A DNA stretch of 64,000 bases from an uncultured Thermoleophilia bacterium (GTDB lineage: Bacteria; Actinomycetota; Thermoleophilia; UBA2241): positions 960,001 to 1,024,000 of the forward strand of contig CAVPCT010000005.1 of the NCBI GenBank assembly GCA_963702475.1, in the 5' to 3' direction. Each line of letters begins with the position of its first letter. The stretch's first letter is position 1. The position numbers were made by a program, and so were the translations under genes. The notes below the pieces were generated by a model, which did not search any database, had not been told where the DNA came from, and saw nothing but the letters and a program-made list of their open reading frames with translations. Positions 40,265 through 52,400 of the stretch are shown here, one piece after another.

Positions 40265-41629
40265 TCACATGCGCGTCGCGGCGGGCCGCAACAGCTCAGC
40301 GACCTGGAAAGCCACGTCGAGCGACTGCCGCGCGTTCAGCCGCGGGTCGCACAGCGTGTCGTAGCGGCAGCCGAGCTCGCTCTCGGCGACTGGCTCCGCG
40401 CCGCCGACGCACTCCGTCACATCGTCGCCGGTGAACTCCAGATGCATGCCGCCGGGCCAGACGCTCTGGGCCCGGCACACGCGGAAGAAGCCCAGAAGCT
40501 CGCGCATGATGTCGTCGACCAGGCGCGTCTTCACGCCGGCCTCCGTGAGCCGCGCGTTGCCGTGCATGGGGTCGCACGCCCAGACCACCGGGTGGCCGGA
40601 CTCCTTGACGGCACGCACCAGCGGCGGCAGCAGCTCCTCGACGCGGTCGGCGCCGAGGCGGGCGATGAGCATGAGCCGGCCCGGCTCGCGCTCGGGGTCG
40701 AGGCGCTCACAGAGCGCCACGAGCTCCTCGGCGGTGCAGGCCGGCCCGAACTTGCAGCCCAGCGGGTTCTGCACGCCGGCGAAGAACTCCACGTGCGCAC
40801 CGTCGAGGGTCCGCGTGCGCTCGCCGATCCACAGCAGGTGAGCCGAGCAGTCGTACCACCGCCCCGTGAGGCTGTCACGCCGCGAGAGGCTCTCCTCGTA
40901 GGGCAGGACGAGGCCCTCGTGGCTGGTCCACAGGTCGACCTCGTGCAGCGTGTGCTCGCGCTGCAGGTCGATGCCGCAGGCGGCCATGAAGCGGAGCGCG
41001 TCCTCGATGCCCAGGGCGATCCTCTCGTACCGCCGGCCCACCGGCGACTGGGCGACGAACTCCTGGTTCCACACGTGGACCTGGGTGAGGTCGGCGAACC
41101 CGCCTTTGGTGAAGGCGCGCAGCAGGTTGAGTCGCGAGGCCGACTGGTTGTAGGCCATGAGCATGCGCTGAGGATCGGCGACGCGCGCCTCGGGGGTCGG
41201 TGCGTCGTCGTTCACCATGTGCCCGCGGAACGAGGGCAGCTCCAGGTCGCCCACGCGCTCGACGGGGCTGGATCGCGGCTTGGCGAACTGCCCGGCCACG
41301 CGCCCGAGCTTGACGACCGGCAGGGCCGCGCCGTAAGTGAGCACGGTCGCCATCTGCAGCATGATCTTGAGGTTGTCGCGGATGCGCGGCGCCGTGAGAT
41401 CGCGGAACGACTCGGCGCAGTCGCCGACGTGGAGCAGGAACGACTGGCCCAGGGCGACGCGAGCGAGCGCGGCCTTGAGCTGCCGAGCCTCTCCCGCGAA
41501 CACCAGCGGGGGCAGCGCCTTGAGCTCGGCCTGCACCGCGGCCAGCGCGGCCTCGTCGGGCCAGTCGGGCTGCTGCGCCGCCTCGAACTCCCGCCACGAG
41601 GCGGGCGTCCACTCCTCACGCCTGTCCAC
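40265..41629 (-). CDS. Class II 3-deoxy-7-phosphoheptulonate (DAHP) synthase
   Basis: QQPDWP, GDCAESF, AGQFAKPRS, WIGERTR, DPMHGN, CDPRLN. Confidence 0.96.
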   Translation of the reverse strand: MDRREEWTPASWREFEAAQQPDWPDEAALAAVQAELKALPPLVFAGEARQLKAALARVALGQSFLLHVGDCAESFRDLTAPRIRDNLKIMLQMATVLTYGAALPVVKLGRVAGQFAKPRSSPVERVGDLELPSFRGHMVNDDAPTPEARVADPQRMLMAYNQSASRLNLLRAFTKGGFADLTQVHVWNQEFVAQSPVGRRYERIALGIEDALRFMAACGIDLQREHTLHEVDLWTSHEGLVLPYEESLSRRDSLTGRWYDCSAHLLWIGERTRTLDGAHVEFFAGVQNPLGCKFGPACTAEELVALCERLDPEREPGRLMLIARLGADRVEELLPPLVRAVKESGHPVVWACDPMHGNARLTEAGVKTRLVDDIMRELLGFFRVCRAQSVWPGGMHLEFTGDDVTECVGGAEPVAESELGCRYDTLCDPRLNARQSLDVAFQVAELLRPAATRM

Positions 41630-41727
41630 TGCACACTCCCCGGGCGTCCGCCGCCCTCTGCTCTCCGGACTCTCCGCCGCGTTCGGCGAGCGTCAATGAT
41701 AGCGCGTCCGACGTGCGTCGGCGCGCT

Positions 41728-42606
41728 TCACCGGCGGGCGTGGAGCGCGGCGGCGCGGCGCGCCGTGCTCTCGTCGCCGAGCTCGCGGCAGAAGGCCTCG
41801 AGCTCGGCGCCTGGGCCGCGCCACTCGAGGTCGGCGACGTCCTCCGGCTGCGGGACGTCGTCGCGCAGCGTCGCGAGGCGCCGGTAGAGCAGGGCCTCTT
41901 CGCGGTGCGCCTCAAGGCTCTGCACAAGGCGCGCCGCGCGTCCGGCCGGCAGCCCGAGCTCGCGCGGCTCGTGCGGGATCGCTTCGAGGCGCACGAACCG
42001 CGCGAGCACCGCGGCCGCCGACTTGGCCCCCCAGCCCGGCACGCCGGGCAGCCCGTCGGCCGCGTCCCCGACGAGCGCGAGAAAGTCCGGGATGGAAGCG
42101 GGAGCGACGCCGAACTTGGAGCGCACCCCCTCCTCGTCCAGGAAGAGGTCGCGCCGGCGGTCCCAGCACACCACGCGCCGGCCGTCGACCGCCTGCGCGA
42201 GGTCCTTGTCGGGCGAGCAGATCACGACCTGGCGCACGCCGGGCGCGCCGGCGAAGCGGCGCGCGCCCGTCGCCAGGGCATCGTCGGCCTCGAACTCGAC
42301 CATCGGCCACACGACCAGGCCGAGCGCAGCTGCCGCCAGCTCGGCCAGCGGGAACTGCGCCAGCAGCTCGGCCGGCACACCCTCGCTCGTCTTGTAGCCG
42401 GCGAACAGCTCGTTGCGAAACGACTCGACGACGTGGTCGAACGCCACCGCTACGTGCGTCACCTCCGGCGCCGACAGCAGCAGGACGAGGCTCCGCAGGA
42501 GGCCTACGGTCGCGCCGACCTGGCGCCCCTGGGCGTCGGTGCGGGGCGGCGCCCCGAAGTGCGCGCGAAAAAGCTCGTAGGTGCCGTCGACGAGGTGGGT
42601 CTTCAT
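41728..42606 (-). CDS. 5'-3' exonuclease / flap endonuclease
   Basis: LVDGTYELFR, SFRNELFAGYK, EADD, DKDL, LVGD.ADG.PGV. Confidence 0.93.
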   Translation of the reverse strand: MKTHLVDGTYELFRAHFGAPPRTDAQGRQVGATVGLLRSLVLLLSAPEVTHVAVAFDHVVESFRNELFAGYKTSEGVPAELLAQFPLAELAAAALGLVVWPMVEFEADDALATGARRFAGAPGVRQVVICSPDKDLAQAVDGRRVVCWDRRRDLFLDEEGVRSKFGVAPASIPDFLALVGDAADGLPGVPGWGAKSAAAVLARFVRLEAIPHEPRELGLPAGRAARLVQSLEAHREEALLYRRLATLRDDVPQPEDVADLEWRGPGAELEAFCRELGDESTARRAAALHARR

Positions 42607-42693
42607 TGCACGCCTTCTACCCCCTCGGGCGGCGCGCCCACCATACCCGCCGGCGGTTCGCCCGCTCCTCGAACGGTGCGATAGACTTGACGC

Positions 42694-43419
42694 ATGCTCG
42701 CCGACCACCTCACCGCGTGGATCCACGACCAGGTATCCGCCTCCGGCGGGGCCGGCGCCGTGTTCGGCCTCTCCGGTGGCATCGACTCGGCGGTCGTGGC
42801 GGCGCTGGCCAGGCGTGCCTTCCCTCACCACACCCTGGGCGTGCTCATGCCCTGTCACAGTGCCTCGCGCGACGCTGAAGACGCCATGCTCGTGGCGCAC
42901 CACTTCGGCGTCCCGACCTCCACCGTGGACCTCGCCGGCGTCTACGACCTGCTCCTGGCCGAGCTCGCCTCCTGCTGCTCGGACATGGGCATGAGCCGCA
43001 TGACCGACGCCAACCTCAAGCCGCGCCTGCGGATGACCACGCTGTACGCGTTCGCCAACCAGTTGGACTATCGGGTGCTGGGCACCGGCAACCGCGCGGA
43101 GCTCACCGTCGGCTACTTCACCAAGTTCGGCGACGGCGGCTGCGACCTGCTGCCGCTCGGCAGCCTCGTCAAGGGCGAGGTACGCGAGCTGGCGCGCGAG
43201 CTCGGCGTGCCGGCCGCGGTCATCGACAAGCCCCCGTCGGCCGGCCTCTGGGCCGACCAGACCGACGAGGGCGAGATGGGTCTCACGTACGAGGAGCTCG
43301 ATGCCTACGTGCTCACGGGCGCGGCGTCGCCTGCCGTCAAGGCCAAGGTCGACGCCATGAACGCCGCCAGCGAGCACAAGCGCGCGCTCCCCCGCATCGC
43401 CCCCAAGCCCGGCGCCTGA
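42694..43419 (+). CDS. nadE: NH3-dependent NAD+ synthetase
   Basis: SGGIDSA, NLKPRLRM, GYFTKFGDG, PSAGLW..QTDE. Confidence 0.95.
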   Translation: MLADHLTAWIHDQVSASGGAGAVFGLSGGIDSAVVAALARRAFPHHTLGVLMPCHSASRDAEDAMLVAHHFGVPTSTVDLAGVYDLLLAELASCCSDMGMSRMTDANLKPRLRMTTLYAFANQLDYRVLGTGNRAELTVGYFTKFGDGGCDLLPLGSLVKGEVRELARELGVPAAVIDKPPSAGLWADQTDEGEMGLTYEELDAYVLTGAASPAVKAKVDAMNAASEHKRALPRIAPKPGA

Positions 43420-43566
43420 GGAGGCAGCCGCCCGCAGGCGGCCAGGGTGCGGCGGCACGCGCTGAGGCCTGCACAGGCCATCCGGCGCGCTCGCGAAGCG
43501 GTCCCACAGGCCCTCCCCGCCGCACGTCTGCTACACTGATTCGCCGTCGTTTTGGAGGTAAGGACC

Positions 43567-44819
<1,253 letters not shown>

Positions 44820-44820
<1 letters not shown>

Positions 44821-45839
44821 TGGCCGGCGACGGCTACAGGGTAGCCATCGCCGGCGCGACCGGCGTCGTCGGCGGCACCGTCCGCCGCATCCTCGAGGAG
44901 CGCGACTTCCCGGTCGCCGAACTGCGCCTGCTGGCCAGCGCACGCTCTGCCGGCCGCACGCTGCCGTACAAGGGGGCCGAGGTCCGGGTACAGCGGCTCG
45001 GTCCCGGCTCGTTCGACGGCGTCGACCTCGTGTTCTTCGCCGCCGGCGGCTCCGTGAGCACCGAGTTCGTGCCCCAGGCCGTGGCCGCCGGGGCCACCGT
45101 CATCGACAAGTCCAGCGTGTTCCGCCAGGACCCGATGGTGCCGCTCGTGGTGCCCGAAGTGAACCCCGATGCGCTGGCCGCCAACACCGGCATCATCGCC
45201 ACGCCCAACTGCTCGACCATCCAGATGGTGGTGGCCCTCAAGCCGATCTACGACGCGGCCGGCATCAAGCGCGTCGTCGTGAGCACCTACCAGGCCGTCT
45301 CCGGCAGCGGCCAGGGCGGCATCGCGGCCCTGGACGCGCAGGCGCGGCAGTGGGCCGCCGGCGAGCCGGTCCAGCAGCAGTTCTATCCGCACCAGATCGC
45401 CTTCAACGCGCTGCCGCACATCGACGGTTTCCTGCCCTCCGGCGCTACCAAGGAAGAGCAGAAGATGGTCGATGAGACGGTCAAGATCTTCGCCGACCCG
45501 GACCTGAAGGTGACGGCCACCTGCGTGCGCGTGCCGGTGTTCGGCGCGCACAGCGAGGCCGTCAACGTCGAGACCCGGAGCAAGCTGAGCGCGGCCGAGG
45601 CCAGAGAGCTGCTCGCGGCCGCGCCGGGCGTGGAGGTCGTGGACGACCCGGCCGAGCTCCGCTACCCGCTGCCGCTCGACGCCGAGGGCAGGGACCCGGT
45701 CTACGTCGGCCGCATCCGCGAGGACGTCACCGTGGACAACGGCCTCGACATGTGGGTCGTGGCGGACAACCTGCGCAAGGGCGCGGCGCTCAACGCGGTA
45801 CAGATCGCCGAGGAGCTCGTGCGGCGGGGTCTGCTCTGA
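44820..45839 (+). CDS. asd: Aspartate-semialdehyde dehydrogenase
   Basis: GATGVVG, PNCSTIQ, QAVSGSG, CVRVPV, DNLRKGAA. Confidence 0.96.
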
Positions 45840-45891
45840 GGCCGTGACGGGTAGAACCACGCCGTCATGACCCCCCGACAAGGACTCACCT

Positions 45892-46890
45892 GTGCCTGAT
45901 CCGGACACCACCATCCACGACGTCGTCATCGTCGGCGCCGGTCCCGCCGGCCTGACGGCCGGCATCTACGCCAGCCGCGGCCGCCTCGACACCGTCATCC
46001 TCGAGCGCAACATGGCCGGCGGCCAGATCGCCGTCACCGAGCTCGTCGAGAACTACCCCGGCTTCCCCGAGGGCGTCTCGGGCTTCGACCTCTCCGAGAA
46101 GATGAAGGAGCAGGCCCTCAAGTTCGGCGCCGACCTGCGCGAGATCCAGGCGGTCGGCGGGCTCGAGCGCGACCCGCTGCAGGACGCCTGGGCCGTGCAG
46201 ACCGACCAGGGTCCGGTGCTCGGCCGGGCGGTCATCCTGGCGCCCGGCCGCGAGCCGCGCCGCTCGGGCATCCCCGGCGAGGCCGAGTTCATCGGCCGCG
46301 GCGTGAGCTGGTGCGCCACCTGTGACGGCGCGCTGTATCGCGACCGCGTCGTGGCCGTGGTCGGCGGCGGCGACTCCGCCGTGGAGGAGGGCATGTTCCT
46401 CGCCAAGTTCGCCAGCAAGGTGTACCTGGTGCACCGGCGCCGCGAGCTGCGCGCCGCCGCCATCGCACAGGAGCGCTGCTTCGCCAACGACAAGTTCGAG
46501 TTCGTCTGGGACTCGGTGCCGCACAAGATCGACGGCGCCGAGATGGTCGAGGCGCTCGAGGTGAAGAACGTCAAGACCGGCGAGGTCACCGCGCTGCCGG
46601 TGAACGGCGTGTTCATGTACATCGGGCAACTCCCCAACACCGACTGGCTCAAGGGTGTCGTGGAGCTCGACGAGTCAGGCTACATCGTGGCCGACGAAGA
46701 CATGCGCACCAGCCAGCCGGGGGTGTACGCGGCCGGCGACGCCGTCGTGAGCGAGCTCAAGCAGATCGCCATGGCCACCGGCCAGGGGGCGCTCGCGGCC
46801 GTCCAGGCGGAGAAGTACCTGGACGCGCTCTCGTGCCCCATGCCGAACCCGGGCGCCGCGGCCGGCGACAGCGCCGCCGCGGCCGTCTGA
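45892..46890 (+). CDS. trxB: Thioredoxin-disulfide reductase
   Basis: GAGPAG, CATCDG, GGGDSA, HRR, AAGD. Confidence 0.96.
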   Translation: MPDPDTTIHDVVIVGAGPAGLTAGIYASRGRLDTVILERNMAGGQIAVTELVENYPGFPEGVSGFDLSEKMKEQALKFGADLREIQAVGGLERDPLQDAWAVQTDQGPVLGRAVILAPGREPRRSGIPGEAEFIGRGVSWCATCDGALYRDRVVAVVGGGDSAVEEGMFLAKFASKVYLVHRRRELRAAAIAQERCFANDKFEFVWDSVPHKIDGAEMVEALEVKNVKTGEVTALPVNGVFMYIGQLPNTDWLKGVVELDESGYIVADEDMRTSQPGVYAAGDAVVSELKQIAMATGQGALAAVQAEKYLDALSCPMPNPGAAAGDSAAAAV

Positions 46891-46915
46891 TCAGTCACGG
46901 AGGAGGAGGAAGACC

Positions 46916-47230
46916 GTGGATGCCGTCTCACAGGACGACTTCGAGGCCAAGGTCATCAAGGCGCCGGGCAAGGTGCTGGTGGATTTCTGGGCCGAGTGGT
47001 GCGGCCCGTGCCGCATGATCGGCCCGGTGCTCGAGGAGATCGCCGGCGACCACCCCCAGGTGGTGTTCCTCAAGCTCAACGTGGACGAGTCGCCCGAGGT
47101 GGCGCAGCAGTTCAACGTGATGAACATCCCCAGCATCCTCGCCTTCGAGGGCGGGGAGCTCAAGCAGCGCATCGTGGGCGCCATGCCCAAGGCCAAGCTC
47201 GTCGAAGAACTGGAGCCGTTCCTGGGCTGA
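46916..47230 (+). CDS. trxA: Thioredoxin
   Basis: DFWAEWCGPC. Confidence 0.96.
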   Translation: MDAVSQDDFEAKVIKAPGKVLVDFWAEWCGPCRMIGPVLEEIAGDHPQVVFLKLNVDESPEVAQQFNVMNIPSILAFEGGELKQRIVGAMPKAKLVEELEPFLG

Positions 47231-47260
47231 GCCCCGGAAGACAGCACGAGCCAGACGCGC

Positions 47261-47287
47261 GACGGGCGGCCCGCTGGGCCGCCCGTC
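47261..47287. terminator. Hairpin after trxA
   Basis: 12-bp stem GACGGGCGGCCC/GGGCCGCCCGTC. Confidence 0.6.
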
Positions 47288-47350
47288 CTCGTTGAGCGGC
47301 CGGCCGGTGTCCCGACCGCGACCGACGAGAGCGGCCGCACCGGCGCTACG

Positions 47351-48757
47351 TCACCAGAGGCCGCCGGCCGCGAGCAGCTCGCCGACCGAGACGGGCTCGA
47401 GACCCTTGGCCCGCAGACCCTTCACGATGGCCGGGATGGCCTTCTGCGTGTTCCACTCCGTGTGCATGCAGATGATGCTGCCCGGCCCGGCGCCGTCCAC
47501 GGCGCGCCGCGCTATCTCCGCCGGCGGCGCGCCGGTCCAGTCGCCGGTGTCCACGTCCCAGTTGACGACGAACGGGTAGCCGGCGCTGCCGGCCGCCTTG
47601 ATCGTCGTCTCGTTGTACGACCCGTACGGCGGCCGGAACAGCGGCGCCGGGATGGCACGGCACGCCTCCCACCACGTGTCGGCGTTGTCCAGCAACTGCG
47701 TGCGCGCCTGCTCGTAGGAGACAGTCTGGAAGTCCGGGTGGTCGTAGGAGTGGTTGCCGAGCTCCATGCCCAGCTCCAGCGCCTCGCGCGCCACCTCGGG
47801 GTACTTGCTCACGCTCTGCCCGGTGCAGAAGAAGGTGCCCTTCACGCCGAGCTTGTCCAGCGCCCGGATGATGTGCCGCCAGGCGTAGCCGGAGCCGCCG
47901 TCGAAGCTGAGAGCGACCTTCTTGCCGGCGTCAGGGACGTCGAGGATCAGCTTCGCGTCGCGGGGCGCCTCGCAGGCGATGTGCACCGTGGAGCTGGTCT
48001 CGTTGCCGGCGGGGTCGGTGGCCGTCACTACGAAGCGGTACGTGCCGGGGAACAGGGCGCCGCCGTCTTCGCTCCTCGCCGCCCAGGAGATGTCCTCGGC
48101 ACCGGCCGCCGGGTGCGGCGAGCCCTGCTCGCCGGTCCGACGGCCGAGCGCGTCAAGAACGGCCCAGGTCACGGTCACGCCCTTCTCGGCCGGGACGCGG
48201 TAGGCCAGCTTGAGCTGTGCCGGGCCGTCGATGCGCTCGGGCTTCGCGGTGATCCAGGTGATGTCCGGCGCCGCGGTGTCGACCACCACCGTCAACTTCA
48301 CCGTCGACCCGCCGTCCGCGGCGCGGACCTCCATGACGTGCTCCCCGTCGCGGCTGTGGTCTTTGGGGGCCTCCACGTAGGCGAGCTTGCCTGTGTGCCA
48401 CTCCCCGCCGTCCACGCGCCACCGCGCCACGGCGGGCTCGCCGCCTTCGGCGGTGAACCGCACCAGCACCTTGCCGTCGTGGCGCTCCTTCTCGGTCGCG
48501 ATGGTGATGCCCGAGACGGTGGCGGTGGTCGTCGCGCCCGGCACGCCGCTGCTGCCCTCGGCCGTAGCGCCGCCGCCCGGCCAGGGCAGGCCGAGGTGGC
48601 CGAACCACGGCACGGCCACGAGGACCCCGATCACGACCGCGGCGACCGCGGCGAGAGCGAGCACGCGGGGCCACACGCTGCGGCGCCTGCGGCGCCTGCG
48701 CGGCGGACGCCCGGCCGGCGCCGGCTGCCCGGCGCGGTAGTAGTGGACCTCGCTCAA
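47351..48757 (-). CDS. Membrane-anchored polysaccharide deacetylase (CE4) with Ig-like domains
   Basis: TTG start overlapping the upstream stop; one TM; LSFDGG, HSYDH, FRPPYG, DTGDW, ICMH. Confidence 0.85.
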   Translation of the reverse strand: MSEVHYYRAGQPAPAGRPPRRRRRRRSVWPRVLALAAVAAVVIGVLVAVPWFGHLGLPWPGGGATAEGSSGVPGATTTATVSGITIATEKERHDGKVLVRFTAEGGEPAVARWRVDGGEWHTGKLAYVEAPKDHSRDGEHVMEVRAADGGSTVKLTVVVDTAAPDITWITAKPERIDGPAQLKLAYRVPAEKGVTVTWAVLDALGRRTGEQGSPHPAAGAEDISWAARSEDGGALFPGTYRFVVTATDPAGNETSSTVHIACEAPRDAKLILDVPDAGKKVALSFDGGSGYAWRHIIRALDKLGVKGTFFCTGQSVSKYPEVAREALELGMELGNHSYDHPDFQTVSYEQARTQLLDNADTWWEACRAIPAPLFRPPYGSYNETTIKAAGSAGYPFVVNWDVDTGDWTGAPPAEIARRAVDGAGPGSIICMHTEWNTQKAIPAIVKGLRAKGLEPVSVGELLAAGGLW

Positions 48758-49468
48758 GCGGGCTCCAGGCGCACGCCCACCACGTCGTAGCTGAACGACA
48801 CCAGCCTGTCGGAGAACGCGACGTCCATGCGCGCCTGCACATCCACCGGCAGGCTCTTGAAGCGGTCGCGGATGAGAGCCACCTTGGGCGGCGGCACGGC
48901 TGCCGCCTGCAGCCAGTAGTCCAGCTCGAGTGGTGCGGCGGGCGCGGCCCCGCCGCGCGACCCGCAGGCCTGCGGCCGCCGCGAGCTCCTCGATCTCCTC
49001 CGGCCGGTAGTGTCGCCGGTGCGCCGGCTCGCGCAGGCGGGCCAGATCGTTGTAGGCCCTGTCGGTGACTTCATCGACGACGGGGTCGACGATGACGATG
49101 CGCCCGCCGCTGCTCACCACGCGCAGCAGTTCGGCGAGCGCGGCGACGGGCTCCGGCAGGCGGTGGAACGCATTGCGGCAGACCACCAGGCTGAACGAGC
49201 CGTCCTCGTACGGCAGGGCGTAGAGATCGGCCAGCGTGAACGACACGTTGCCCAGTCCCAGCTCCCCCGCCAGACGGCGGCCTTCGTCGAGCATGTCGGG
49301 CAGCTCATCGGCGGCCTCGACGCTGCGCACCTCGGGGGCCACGGCGAAGCCGGCGATGCCGGCCGCGCAGGCGTAGTCGAGCACGGTGTCGTGCGACGTG
49401 GGCCGCGCGAGGTCGACCAACAGGTCCAGCGTCGCGTCACGCATCTGCTCCACGCCGTCTCCCTTCAT
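48754..49468 (-). CDS. Class I SAM-dependent methyltransferase; +1 frameshift near 48935
   Basis: VLDYACAAG, LPYEDGSFSLVVCRNAFH, GGRIVIVD. The C-terminus LELDYW..LEPA is in the 48754..49074 frame. Confidence 0.82.
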
Positions 49469-49494
49469 CGCCGCCGCGGGGAGCCGCTCGTACC

Positions 49495-52400
49495 TCAGGC
49501 TGGGGTCCCCGAGAATATGGTACCCGTCACACTGAGGCCGATGACCACATCGTGACCCTCCACGCGCGCCGTCTCGCGGTGCTCGCCGGCAGCTTCGCCG
49601 ACGAGCAGCTCCGTGGCGAGCGTCTCGGCGCGCAGCGCGTCGGCGTGGCGCTCCACGACGCCGGCGAGCCCGTCGGGGACGACCAGCGCGAGCCTGACGG
49701 TATCTTCGATGCGCAGGCCCGCGTTCTTGCGCGCGAGCTGCACTGCGTGCACGAGCTCGCGCGCCACGCCCTCCTCGCGGAGGGCCTCGTCCACGGTGGT
49801 CGCCAGAGCGACCGTGCGGCCACCCTCGGACTCGACCTGGTAGCCCTCCGGCGAGCCGGTCTCGATGAGAAGGTCGTCCTCCACGAGACTGACCTCGCCG
49901 TCACCGGCCGACAGCGTGACGGAGCCGGCGCTCCTGAGCTCGGCGACCAGGGCGGCGGTGTCCGCCTCGCGCAGCACACCCTGCAGCGCGCCGAGCTGCC
50001 TGCCCAGGCGCGGGCCGAGCACCTTGAGGTTCGGCTTCACCGTGTACGCGACGAGCTCGCTCTCGTCACCGGCTAGGCGCAACCTTTTCACGTTGAGCTC
50101 GTCGATGACGACCTCGCGCAGGCGCTCGATCGAGTCGCGCTCGGCCTGCGGCAGCGCGACGACCACCTCGGCCAGCGGCTGACGCGTCTTGACGGCCGCG
50201 GCGTTGCGCGCGGCGCGGCCCATCTCCACGACGCGCCGCGCCGCCGCCATGTCGAACGACACGCCGGCGTCGATGGCCTGCTCGTCCACGACCGGCCAGG
50301 CGCACAGGTGCACGCTCTCCGGCGCCGACGCGTCCGCGCCGCGCACGAGGTTCTGGTACAGCTCCTCGGCCACGAACGGCGTGAACGGCGCCAGGAGCTT
50401 CGTCACGGTGACGAGCGCCTCGTACAGCGTCTGGTAGGCGGCCAGCTTGTCGGCGTCGCTCTCCGACTTCCAGAAGCGACGCCGGCCACGACGCACGTAC
50501 CAGTTGCTGAGGTCGTCGACGAAGCCCTGGATGCGCCGGCAGGTGCCGGTGGCATCGTACGCCTCGAGGCCGTCGGTGACGTCCAGCACCAGACAGTTGA
50601 GCTCGCCGACCAGCCAGCGGTCCATCAGCGGCCGCTCCTCGAGCGGCACCGGCTCCGTCATCGGGTCGAACCCGTCGATGTTCGCGTACACGGTGAAGAA
50701 GCTGTACGTGTTCCAGAGCGTGAGCAGGAACTTGCGCACCACCTCGTCCACCATCTCGGCGCCGAAGCGGCGCGGGCTCCACGGCTGCTGGCTGCTGAAC
50801 ATGAACCAGCGGAAGGCGTCGGCGCCCTGGTGGTCGAGGATGTCGTCGGGCTGGATCACGTTGCCCTTGCTCTTGCTCATCTTCTGGCCCTCGGCGTCGA
50901 GGATGTGCCCCAGGCACAGCACGCGTTTGTACGAGCTGCGGCCCTCGATGAGCGTGGCGACGGCGAGCAGGCTGTAGAACCAGCCGCGGGTCTGGTCGAT
51001 GGCCTCGGCGATGAAGTCGGCCGGAAAGCGCTCGCGGAAGAGCTCCTCGTTCTCGAACGGGTAGTGCCACTGCGCGAACGGCATGGAGCCCGAGTCGAAC
51101 CAGGCGTCGATGACCTCGGCCACGCGGTGCATGCCCTCCCCGCACTCGGGACAGGTGAGGACGACGTCGTCGACGTAAGGCCGGTGCAGCTCGAGGTCGT
51201 CCGGCACCGGCCCGGCCGCCATCTCGCGCAGCTCCGCGATGGACCCGACGCAGTGCAGGTGCCCGTGCTCGCAGCGCCACACGGGCAGCGGCGTACCCCA
51301 GTAGCGGTCGCGGCTCAGGGCCCAGTCGACGTTGCCGGCCAGCCACTCGCCGAAGCGCCCGGTCTTGATGTGCTCGGGGTGCCAGACGACGGCGTCGTTG
51401 GCCTTGAGCAGCTGCTCCTTCATCGCCGTGGTGCGGATGTACCAGGTCTCCTTGGCGTAGTAGAGCAGCGGCGTGTCGCAGCGCCAGCAGAAAGGATAGC
51501 TGTGCTCGTAGGGCTCGACGCCCAGGAGCAGGCCGCGCTGCTTGAGGTCCTCGGTGATGGCCGGGTCGGCGTCCTTGACCCAGACCCCGGCCCACGGCGT
51601 GACCTCGGCGATGAAGCGGCCTTCCAGGTCGACGGCGTTGACCACCGGCAGGTCGTTCTCGAGGCCCACGCGCATGTCCTCCTCGCCGAAGGCGGGAGCT
51701 GTGTGCACGATGCCGGTGCCGTCGGTGGTGGTGACGTAGTCGCCGCCGATGACGAAGTGGGCGCGGCGGTCCGGCGTCATGAAGCCGAACGGCGCCTCGT
51801 AGTCCAGCCCGAGCAGCTCGGCGCCCTTGAGCTCCCTCTCGACGACGGCCTTCTTGCCGAGCACGCCCTCGACCAGGTCGCGAGCAACGATGAAGCGCTC
51901 GCCGCGGCTCTCCACGAGCGCGTACTCAACGTCAGGGTGCACGGCCGCGGCCACGTTGCTGATGAGCGTCCACGGCGTGGTGGTCCAGACGGCGAGCGAG
52001 ACGCCCTTGCCTGGCTCGCCGGTGACCCGCTGAGCCGCCTCCGGCGTCAGCGGGAACCGCACGTAGATGGAGTCCTCGGTGACGTCCTTGTAGCCCTGCG
52101 CGACCTCGTGACTGCTGATGGCCGTGCCGCAGCGCGGGCAGTACGGCACGACCTTGTGACCCTCGTACAGCAGGCCCTTGTCCCAGATCTGCCGCAGCAG
52201 CCACCACACCGTCTCGATGTAGCCGTTGGTGTAGGTGTAGTACGCGTCCTCGAGGTCGACCCAGAAACCGATACGCTCCGTGAAGCGCTCCCATTCCGCC
52301 AGATACGCGGTCACGCTCTCCTTGCAGAGACGGTTGAACTCGGCGACCCCGTACTCCTCGATCTGCTGCTTGCCGTCGATACCCAGGCGGCGCTCCACCT

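Noticed and set aside
47351-49468. Apparent 705-aa methyltransferase-deacetylase fusion ORF
   Set aside because: It is created by a +1 frameshift near 48935. The methyltransferase's own C-terminus and stop (48754) and a TTG start for the deacetylase are present.
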